This document shows, in pieces, positions 56,711 through 64,000 of a stretch of DNA of 64,000 bases; positions within the stretch are counted from its first letter, which is position 1, and each line of letters begins with the position of its first letter. The notes beneath the pieces are model-generated. The model was not told where the DNA came from, ran no database searches, and saw only the letters and a list, made by a program, of their open reading frames with translations. The position numbers and the translations under genes are program-made. Source of the DNA: Candidatus Limnocylindria bacterium (GTDB lineage: Bacteria > Chloroflexota > Limnocylindria > QHBO01); NCBI GenBank assembly GCA_046262115.1, contig JBHENJ010000037.1:22993-86992 (forward strand), given 5' to 3'.

Positions 56711-59167
56711 ATGACGTTCGGCTCGACCAACGGTCACGGCCCCGGCGGCCCCGGCGGCCCCGGCGGACCCGGCGGACCCGGCGGCGACGGAGTGGGCGCG
56801 CGCGAGGGCGACGGCGTCCACGCCACGCGATCGGTCGTCGACGAGTACACGCCCCTGTGGCCGATGGTCCCGGGCACGAAGCCACTTGCCGTCACCCTGA
56901 ACGGCGCGGAGGTGCTCGCCGAGGAAGGGCAGACGATCCTCCAGCTCTGCCGCGTGCAGAACGTGGAGATCCCTACGCTGTGCTACGAGCCCAAGCTCGC
57001 GCCGTACGGCGCGTGCCGCATCTGCGTCGTCGAGGTCGAGGGCGCCGCCGGAACGCCGATCTCCTGCGGCACCCAGGTCGAGGAGGGGATGGTCATCACC
57101 ACCCACTCCGACCGCGTGCTCGAGAACAGGCGCATGGTCCTGGAGCTCATCTTCAGCGACCACGACGCGTACTGCCTGCCGCCGTGCCAGTTCAAGTGCC
57201 CGACCCGCGTCGACATCCCGGGCTACCTGAAGCAGAACACGCTGGGCAACTGGGAAGAGGCAACGCGCATCCTCAAGCGCTCCCTGCCGTTCCCCGCGAT
57301 CCTGGGCCGTGTCTGCCCCGCGCCGTGCGAGACGCACTGCCGGCGCGAGGAGGTGGACACGCCGATCGCGATCCGCGACAGCCACCGGTATTGCGCGGAC
57401 CGCGTGCTCGAGGTCGACGCCCCGGCGCCGATCCCGTGGCCCAAGGAGCCGCCGAGCGGCAAGCGGGTGGCAGTCATCGGCGCCGGACCGGCGGGACTGG
57501 CAAACGCCTACTACCTCCAGCTGCGCGGCCACCAGTGCGACGTCTACGAGGCCGATCCGGAGCAGGGCGGCATGCTGCGCTACGGCATCCCGCAGTACCG
57601 GCTGCCCAAGGGCTGGATGGACCGCGAGCTGAACCACGTCTGGGAGCTGGGCGCGACGTTCCACCCGAACATGCGGCTGGGCCGCGACTTCCACCTCGCC
57701 GATCTGAAGGCCCAGGGCTACGACGCGATCTACGTGAGCATCGGCTGCTACAAGCCCAACGAGCTGGGCATCCCGGGCGAGGACGCCGACGGCGTCATCA
57801 ACGCGCTCGAGAACCTCTACAACTCGACGCGCGGCATCCCGATCCCGCGGCTGCGCGACTCGCGGATCGTGGTCATCGGCGGCGGGTTCACGGCGATCGA
57901 CTGCACGCGGACCAGCATCCGCCAGGGCGCCGCCGAGGTGAACCTCGTCTACCGCCGCGACCTGAAGGACATGCCGGCGCAGGACGAGGTGCACGAGGCG
58001 ATCGAGGAGGGGGCGCGGGTCATCTTCCAGGCCGCGCCGACGCGGATCATCACCGACGAGCGCAATCGCGTCACCGGCATGGAGTTCCAGCGCATGAAGC
58101 TGGGCGAACCCGATGAGAAGGGCCGCCGCCGCCCGACGCCCATGGCGGGCACCGAGTTCGTGATCGAATGCGACGTGGTACTGGGAGCCATCGGTCAGGG
58201 ACCCGAGCTGTCATGGATCGAGAGCGAGCCGGAAGAGATCCGCAACGGCCTCACGGTGAGCCGGCGCAACACCCTCGAGTCCGAGGAGGACACCTTCCGC
58301 ACCGGGGTCGACGGCATCTTCGTCTCGGGCGACGTGCGGACCGGGTCGGCGACCGTGGTCGAGGCCATCGGGGAGGCGCGGCGCGCCTCGTACGCCATGG
58401 ACTACTGGCTGCGCGGCCACGACCTGGACGATCCGCAGGTGCGCCGCATCGTCGCCGAGCCGCAGCCGCAGTTCCTGACCATCGTGCCCTTCACGGACGA
58501 CGTGAAGGAGCCGCGCGCGATCATGGGCAAGCTGGGCGCCGAGGACCGCAAGACGAACTTCGGCGAGTACGAGCACGGCTACACCCACGACCAGGCGATG
58601 GCCGAGGCGGGCCGATGTCTCCAGTGCACCTGCGAGGCCATCGGCCACTGCGACCTCCGCGAGGCGGCGATCGAATACGAGACGACGCTCAACATGGCGA
58701 TCGACGAGCGCTCGATCCAGGACAACCCGTACGTCGGGGTCAACCACGGCTACGGCCGGGACGAGACGCACTCCTTCATCCTGCGCGACTACTCGCGCTG
58801 CATCGACTGCGGCCGATGCGCGCAGGTCTGCAAGGACATCGTGGGCGCCGGCTGTTACGACTTCATCCGCAAGGGCTTCGACTCACTGGTCACGACGGCC
58901 GATGAGGTCTCGCTCAACGAGACCCCGTGCGTCTCATGCGGCCGGTGCGCGGAGACGTGTCCGGTCGGCGCGCTCATGCCGCGGCCGCGGATCCTGGAGA
59001 CGTATCAGCTCGACGTCGCGCGCTGCATCTTCTGCGGCATCTGCGCCGATGCCTGCCCGTACGACGCCCTGCGCTGCGGGCCGGAGTTCGAGTTCAGCGA
59101 GTACCAGCGCGACCTGCCGATGCTCGACATCCTGGAGATGTCCGACCGGGAGCGGCCAACGCGCTGA
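56711..59167 (+). CDS. mosaic redox protein: NuoG-type 2Fe-2S N-terminus + GltD-like NAD(P)H/FAD oxidoreductase + NuoG/NuoI-like 4Fe-4S ferredoxin C-terminus
   Basis: LCYEPKLAPYGACRICVVEV (2Fe-2S); GltD-like Cys clusters, VAVIGAGPAGL and GGGFTAIDC dinucleotide motifs; C-terminal CIDCGRCAQVC, CVSCGRCAETCP, CIFCGICADACP motifs. Confidence 0.75.
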   Translation: MTFGSTNGHGPGGPGGPGGPGGPGGDGVGAREGDGVHATRSVVDEYTPLWPMVPGTKPLAVTLNGAEVLAEEGQTILQLCRVQNVEIPTLCYEPKLAPYGACRICVVEVEGAAGTPISCGTQVEEGMVITTHSDRVLENRRMVLELIFSDHDAYCLPPCQFKCPTRVDIPGYLKQNTLGNWEEATRILKRSLPFPAILGRVCPAPCETHCRREEVDTPIAIRDSHRYCADRVLEVDAPAPIPWPKEPPSGKRVAVIGAGPAGLANAYYLQLRGHQCDVYEADPEQGGMLRYGIPQYRLPKGWMDRELNHVWELGATFHPNMRLGRDFHLADLKAQGYDAIYVSIGCYKPNELGIPGEDADGVINALENLYNSTRGIPIPRLRDSRIVVIGGGFTAIDCTRTSIRQGAAEVNLVYRRDLKDMPAQDEVHEAIEEGARVIFQAAPTRIITDERNRVTGMEFQRMKLGEPDEKGRRRPTPMAGTEFVIECDVVLGAIGQGPELSWIESEPEEIRNGLTVSRRNTLESEEDTFRTGVDGIFVSGDVRTGSATVVEAIGEARRASYAMDYWLRGHDLDDPQVRRIVAEPQPQFLTIVPFTDDVKEPRAIMGKLGAEDRKTNFGEYEHGYTHDQAMAEAGRCLQCTCEAIGHCDLREAAIEYETTLNMAIDERSIQDNPYVGVNHGYGRDETHSFILRDYSRCIDCGRCAQVCKDIVGAGCYDFIRKGFDSLVTTADEVSLNETPCVSCGRCAETCPVGALMPRPRILETYQLDVARCIFCGICADACPYDALRCGPEFEFSEYQRDLPMLDILEMSDRERPTR

Positions 59168-59211
59168 TCTCCGGACCGAACGGCCTTGGCGGATCGGCGG
59201 CTCTCGTCCGC

Positions 59212-59240
59212 GACACCGGATTCGCGGCGCGAATCGGGTG
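59212..59240 (+). terminator. GC-rich hairpin after the 818-aa gene (candidate terminator)
   Basis: ccggattcgcg-gc-gcgaatcggg near-perfect inverted repeat; no clear U-tract. Confidence 0.3.
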
Positions 59241-59264
59241 GTGAAGTGCACGTCCTGCGGCCGA

Positions 59265-59484
59265 GGCGTATTCGTCCGGTGAATGTATCGGTCAATCCTC
59301 GGGCCTCAATCGTCCTTTGGTTGGCCGTCGACGCTCACCGTAGTCGCCTGACGCATGGCGTGATCACGAATGGCCCGTCCGATCCGGCATCGAAGGACGT
59401 CGTTGTCCGATAGATCCGTCGGGCGAATACCGACCCCCTGCGGCGCGTCGACCGTTGCACCGCATTCGTCGGCCGAATCCGATG
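59265..59484 (+). repeat. ~220-bp noncoding repeat element, copy A
   Basis: ~75-80% identical to 61391..61609 in direct orientation with conserved blocks GGTGAATGTATCGG, GAATGGmCCGTCCGA, TTGTCCGATAsATCCGTCGGGCGAATAC, CCGAATCCG; 5' block and internal block are mutually complementary (long-range stem). Confidence 0.55.
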
Positions 59485-59530
59485 GGCGGCGGCGGCCGTG
59501 GATGTGCGACTTGCGACGGTAACGTGGCTC

Positions 59531-60505
59531 GTGAAAGCGATCGTTCGGTCGGAGTACGGGACGCCTGACATCCTCCGGCTCGAGGAGATCCCAACCCCCG
59601 AGCCCGGTGACGGTGAGGTGCTGGTCAGAATCCGGGCGTCATCGGTCAACCGAACGGATCTGGAGTCACTCGCGGGCAGACCGCTGGTGTATCGGGCGTT
59701 CATGGGGCTGCGCAGGCCTCGCAACGGACGGCTTGGGCTGGACGCCGCGGGCGAAGTCGAGGCGGTCGGGCCGGGCGTGGAGCGCTTCAAGCCGGGCGAC
59801 AAGGTGTTCGCGGATCTGCTCTACCACGGGATGTGCGCCTTCGCGGAGTACGCCTGCGCGCGGGAGAAGGCGTGGCGCCCGATCCCTGACGGCGTCGACT
59901 TCGAGACGGCGGCGACGCTGCCGGCGTCGGCGGTGCTCGCGCTCCAGGGACTCGGCGGCCGCGACGGCGTCCGCGCGGGCGAGCGGGTTCTCATCATCGG
60001 CGCCTCCGGGTCGGTCGGGATCTTCGCGGTGCAACTTGCGAAGGCAGCCGGGGCGCACGTGACCGGCGTGTCGAGCGCCGGGAAGTTCGATCTCGTCCGC
60101 TCCATCGGTGCCGACGACGTCATCGACTACGCCCGCGAGAACTACACGCGCGGCGACCGACGCTACGACCGCATCCTCGATGCCGTCGCGATGCACTCCG
60201 TTTTCTCGGTGCGCCGCGCCCTGACCGCTGGCGGCGTCTACGGCGCCCACGGCGGTCGGTCGAGCGGCGGCCTCCTCCAGGCGATGGCGCTCGGGCCTTT
60301 GCTCTCCGTGGGGCGCAAGCGGCGGATCGGGGTCGTGATGGGCAGACCGAACGACGCCGCGGACCTCGCGACCGTGGGCGAGATGGTGCGGGCGGGCACG
60401 CTGGTCCCGCTGATCGATCGCACCTTCACGCTCGCTGGGGTGCCCGAGGCGTTGCGCATCTATGCAGCGGGTGAGGCGCGCGGCAAGCTCGTGATCAGGA
60501 TCTGA
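59531..60505 (+). CDS. zinc-type alcohol dehydrogenase/quinone oxidoreductase (MDR family)
   Basis: MKAIVRSEYG start (GTG), GxGxxG (GASGSVGIFAVQLAK); listed start 59498 extends into repeat A. Confidence 0.8.
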   Translation: MKAIVRSEYGTPDILRLEEIPTPEPGDGEVLVRIRASSVNRTDLESLAGRPLVYRAFMGLRRPRNGRLGLDAAGEVEAVGPGVERFKPGDKVFADLLYHGMCAFAEYACAREKAWRPIPDGVDFETAATLPASAVLALQGLGGRDGVRAGERVLIIGASGSVGIFAVQLAKAAGAHVTGVSSAGKFDLVRSIGADDVIDYARENYTRGDRRYDRILDAVAMHSVFSVRRALTAGGVYGAHGGRSSGGLLQAMALGPLLSVGRKRRIGVVMGRPNDAADLATVGEMVRAGTLVPLIDRTFTLAGVPEALRIYAAGEARGKLVIRI

Positions 60506-60532
60506 CGGGCGCCAAAGTCCAAGGAGGCCGAT

Positions 60533-60946
60533 GTGGAGATCCGACCGAAGCCGCCGTCCAGGAAGGGCGGCTCCGACATGTTCATCGGCGACGTCTGGAT
60601 CGACCAGATCACCGGGGGCGAGGGCGGCTCGCGCATCCGGGTCAACGTCGTGCGCTTCGCACCCGGCGCGCGCAACGCCTGGCACGCGCACGCGCTCGGT
60701 CAGACGCTACACGTGACCGAGGGCCTCGGGCGGACCCAGGCGCGCGGCGGCGACGTCATCGAGATCCGGCCCGGCGACACGATCTATACCGCGCCGCGCG
60801 AGTGGCACTGGCACGGGGCTGGGCCCGACCACTTCATGACCCACGTCGCGATCTGGGAGGCGCCCGCGGAAGGGCCCGAGACCGAGTTCGCCGAGCAGGT
60901 TACGGACGCCGAGTACGACGCCGAGGGTGCGGATCGCGGCCGGTAA
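60533..60946 (+). CDS. cupin-domain protein
   Basis: AAGGAGG RBS; cupin motifs (NAWHAHALGQTLHVTEG, GDTIYTAPREWHWHGA). Confidence 0.7.
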   Translation: MEIRPKPPSRKGGSDMFIGDVWIDQITGGEGGSRIRVNVVRFAPGARNAWHAHALGQTLHVTEGLGRTQARGGDVIEIRPGDTIYTAPREWHWHGAGPDHFMTHVAIWEAPAEGPETEFAEQVTDAEYDAEGADRGR

Positions 60947-60966
60947 CCGACCGTGTACGGCCTCGG

Positions 60967-61332
60967 CTACATCGCTTCCGTCATCGGGCTCATGAGCTGG
61001 AAGTAGTTGCCGTCGGGATCGCTGAACGTGGCGATCAGGAACTCCGGCGGACCACCGGGGTTGTAGGGCTCGCGGACGACGGTCGCGCCGGCGGCGACGA
61101 ATCGGTCGAAATCGGCCTTGACGTCCTCGCTCTCGATGTTCCAGATCAGGCGGCCCGGCTGCGGATTCTTGCCGGTGACCTCATCGTGCGCGCCGATGCT
61201 GATGAAGCCGTTGCCGAGCTGCCACCCGGTGTACGCGCTGTCCTCGAAGCCCGGCTTGCCGAGGACCCTTGTGTAGAACTCCGTCAGGGCCTTTGGGTTC
61301 TCGGAGCCGATCAGGATGCTGTTGAAGTTCAC
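60967..61332 (-). CDS. VOC/glyoxalase-family protein
   Basis: AAAGGAGGAG RBS 5 nt before GTG (MNFNSILIG...); listed longer N-terminus rejected. Confidence 0.75.
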   Translation of the reverse strand: MNFNSILIGSENPKALTEFYTRVLGKPGFEDSAYTGWQLGNGFISIGAHDEVTGKNPQPGRLIWNIESEDVKADFDRFVAAGATVVREPYNPGGPPEFLIATFSDPDGNYFQLMSPMTEAM

Positions 61333-61390
61333 GCTCTCCTCCTTTGACGCTAGTCGGCGATGGATGACCGATCCGTATCGATCGGCGTCG

Positions 61391-61609
61391 GCGCGTTCGT
61401 GCGGTGAATGTATCGGCCATTCTTCGGTCGCGATCGGTACGTAGATCGCCGCCCGACGCGCACCGCAGTCGCTCGGTGCATGCCTTGACGCTGAATGGAC
61501 CGTCCGAGCCACACGGCGACGATCTACTTGTCCGATACATCCGTCGGGCGAATACGGATCGGCGACCGAGCTTTGACCGTTTCACCGTATTCACCAGCCG
61601 AATCCGGTG
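61391..61609 (+). repeat. ~220-bp noncoding repeat element, copy B
   Basis: Direct repeat of 59265..59484; here the 5' GAATGTATCGG and downstream CCGATACATCC are perfectly complementary. Confidence 0.55.
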
Positions 61610-61645
61610 CTAGCGAGGTCCGCCTGGCGACCTGGATCCGCGTCG

Positions 61646-62157
61646 TCACGACGTTGGCGGCACCTCGATGACGCGGCCATTCGCGACGCCGAAGTCCCAG
61701 ACATCGATGTCGGGCGGCTCAACGCCGAGCGCCGTGAGCGCAGTGCAGATCTGGCTCCGATGATCGCTGCCGTGATGCAGCGCCTGCGCGAGCCGGATGC
61801 CGATCGGCGCGTCTCTCTGATACCCGTCGTCCTCGTCGACCTCGCGCACGACGGCGTCGGGATCGAGGCCCTCTGCCAGGAACCGCGACCAAGCGGCGCC
61901 GTTGCGCTCCATGACGCCCCGGAGCTCGGCAAGGCCCATGCGCTCGTCGTCGATGGCGTGGGTCCGATCGCCAGTCAGATAGAACAGGTACCCGGCGTCG
62001 CCGCCGATGAAGTGGCGCTGCGTGTCGAGGATCGAGCCGTAGGTCCCGGGCACGACGCTGTCGAGCTGCTCCGGCTCAGCTCGACGCACGCATCGATCAA
62101 ACGCAGCGTCGCCCACACGTGGTGGGCGAACGCGTCTGCCATCAGGGATCTGCTCAT
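61646..62157 (-). pseudogene. DinB_2-family protein with apparent -1 frameshift
   Basis: N-terminus (MADAFAHHVWATLRLIDACVELS) in one frame, remainder (AEPEQLDSVVPG...HHGSDHRSQI...) in another; switch around 62075-62085. Confidence 0.5.
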
Positions 62158-62167
62158 CTCGTCCGCG

Positions 62168-62908
62168 ACTATAGCGACGAGCGAAGACGCGTCCGCGGCA
62201 GCCGATCAGCCCTTCTCGAGCACCTCCCGAGCTCCAGCAGCCGATCGCGCCAGTAGGCCTTCATCCGGTCGGCCGTCGACTCATCGGGAAGCCACTCGTG
62301 CCCGATCGTGACCACCGTCTTCGCGTCGCCCTTGGCGGTGAAGTAGACGACGACGATCGATGTCGGGTCGTCCCAGTCGAAGCGGACCGATGTTGCCGAT
62401 TTCGTCGGCCGCTGTCGCAGTGAGACGCCCGCGAGCCAGAGGCCCGCTGCGCCGCATCGGTGAAGGCGGCGAACGCACGGTCCGCCGACGCGTTGATCGT
62501 GCGGTTGACCGTGATCGTGAACCCGGTCGCCATCTGTCCCTTGGCGCGGAGGCCCCGTGCTCGCTCATAGCCGACGGTGACGCTTTGCGCCCACCAGCCG
62601 TCGACGCCGTGCTCCTCGCGCAGCCAGTGCGCGATCTCCGGGTGGCGACGTTCCGTGCCACCCCACTCGTCGAGGAGGCCGAACCAATCGGTCCAGCCCC
62701 TGCCGGTCGCGCTGCGGATGGCTTCATCGGTCGTCGGCATCTCGACGGCGGACTCGGCCGGCGCAACGGCCGGCGCCGATGTCTCTCCCGACGCTCCGGC
62801 GCCTGCATCGGCTCGGCGGATCAGCTGGGCCCGAGCCGCGGTGTACGACTCGCCGGTCTTCTCGGAGCGCGCGCGGACGCGGCGCTTGAAGGTCTTCTGC
62901 GTGGGCAT
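62168..62908 (-). pseudogene. DUF4287-like N-domain + SRPBCC/AHSA1-like C-domain protein with apparent frameshift
   Basis: Frame 1 reads MPTQKTFKRRV...TITVNRTINASADRAFAAFTDAAQ then low-complexity; SRPBCC-like continuation (SVRFDWDDPTSIVVVYFTAKGDAKTVVTIGHEWLPDEST...) is in another frame; 3' end uncertain. Confidence 0.4.
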
Positions 62909-63099
62909 GATTCGCTTCCTTCCCGCGACGGCGCTCCGGACTCACGCTCCCTTGCTCCGTCGAGAGAGGGCGAAACACGTCCCGGGGAAGCGAGTTCCCC
63001 TTTTCCCGCGAGGCCGATGGCGTGAGCACCGGATTCGGGGTTCGGCTGGGAGACGCCGTTGCGCGAGAGTCTAGCGCGCAGTCACAGTCGAATGGAAGA

Positions 63100-63627
63100 C
63101 CGATGCTCGACGTCACCATCCGCCCCGAACGCCCGGGCGAGGCCGATGCGGTCCGCGCCGTCAACGACGCTGCCTTCGGCGAGCCCGTCGAGGGCCGCAT
63201 CGTCGACGACATCCGTGGCACGGACCGATGGATCGACGGCGGGTCGCTCGTCGCGGAGGACGCCAGTGGCCGCATCGTGGGCCACCTCCTGCTCAGCGAA
63301 GGCGACCTCGAGACCGATTCCGGCGCGGCGCGCCGGATCTGGATGCTCGGCCCGGTGGCGGTGCTCCCCGCGGTGCAGCGGCGGGGCGTCGGCGCGGCGC
63401 TGATGCGCGCGGCGATCGAGCTCGCGACTTCACGCGGACAGCCGCTGATCTGTCTGCTCGGCCACGCCAGCTACTACCCACGGTTCGGCTTCGAGCCGGC
63501 GCGAGAAATCGGCATCCAACCGCCGCGACCGTGGCGCGACGCGAACTGGATGGCGCTGCGCCTCCCCGCCTGGACGCCGGATCTCCGCGGCGCCGCCCGC
63601 TACCCCTCCGCGTTCCCCGACGACTGA
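63100..63627 (+). CDS. GNAT family N-acetyltransferase
   Basis: Acetyl-CoA motif (VQRRGVGAALMRAAIE); start at MLDVTIRPE. Confidence 0.75.
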   Translation, partial: PMLDVTIRPERPGEADAVRAVNDAAFGEPVEGRIVDDIRGTDRWIDGGSLVAEDASGRIVGHLLLSEGDLETDSGAARRIWMLGPVAVLPAVQRRGVGAALMRAAIELATSRGQPLICLLGHASYYPRFGFEPAREIGIQPPRPWRDANWMALRLPAWTPDLRGAARYPSAFPDD

Positions 63628-63654
63628 CCCTGGGCCACCCGACGCTCGGCACAA

Positions 63655-63690
63655 AGGAAAACGCCCGCTATAGCGGACGTTTCTACGCAC
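63655..63690 (+). terminator. hairpin + T-tract downstream of GNAT gene (candidate intrinsic terminator)
   Basis: aacgcccgc-tata-gcggacgtt stem-loop followed by tct. Confidence 0.4.
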
Positions 63691-63869
63691 CAGGGGCTCG
63701 GAACACTTGTGGAATCTTTAGCAATGATCCCACCCCTTGCGGGGCCGCCCTGTTGTTCCCTGGTGCGCGAGGACCATAGCGGCCGCGCCGAGCGGTCGTC
63801 AAATGCGCACCCTGCGCCGGGTCATCCGGATCTCGTAGCGGCGGCTGCGCCTCGATCTGGTCGGCGACT

Positions 63870-64000
63870 CTAGGCTCGCGGATTCGGCCGATGTTCGAGC
63901 GCCGCCACGGCATCGGTCAGGAAGGCCCTCGCATCCGGGTGCTTGCCTTCGGCGTGGAGCCGGAGCGCGACGTCGAGTGACTCGGCGGCGACCCACCAGT
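63870..64000 (-). CDS. hypothetical protein, 3' end only (runs off window)
   Basis: Reading frame ...AAESLDVALRLHAEGKHPDARAFLTDAVAALEHRPNPRA* helical/TPR-like. Confidence 0.3.
   Translation of the reverse strand, partial: WWVAAESLDVALRLHAEGKHPDARAFLTDAVAALEHRPNPRA

Overview
This is a 64-kb, roughly 72% GC chromosomal segment of actinobacterial type. Supporting that placement: a two-GNAT MshD-like mycothiol synthase, a PknB-like PASTA Ser/Thr kinase, Ku with ATP-dependent ligases, and an MprAB-PepD-like two-component/HtrA locus. Most of the window is housekeeping, gene-dense on both strands with many overlapping stop/start junctions. This includes folC-folP-folB, pdxS-pdxT, tmk-darA, galU, galE, trxA, bcp, cca, bL25, tRNA-Glu and tRNA-Thr, and a TPP-riboswitch-controlled thiN-ykoEDC thiamine salvage operon. 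The main unexplained structures follow. (1) A non-canonical complex-I-like cluster, nuoA-B-C-D-H, followed by a NuoI/NuoE-like fusion with lost Fe-S ligands, a NuoF-like protein with a Cys-to-Ala change in its cluster motif, and an 818-aa mosaic protein; no nuoJ-N follow. (2) Two paralogous ATP-dependent-ligase-fold genes that have lost the KxDG adenylation lysine, one directly downstream of ku and one coupled to a DEAD-box helicase, alongside an intact LigB-type ligase. (3) Two roughly 220-bp direct-repeat noncoding elements flanking a 2-kb three-gene cassette, followed by two genes with apparent -1 frameshifts. (4) A Cys-rich protein with a duplicated CWE motif upstream of folC. Coordinates of features I delimited myself may be off by 1-2 nt. 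No CRISPR array, transposase or integrase was seen.
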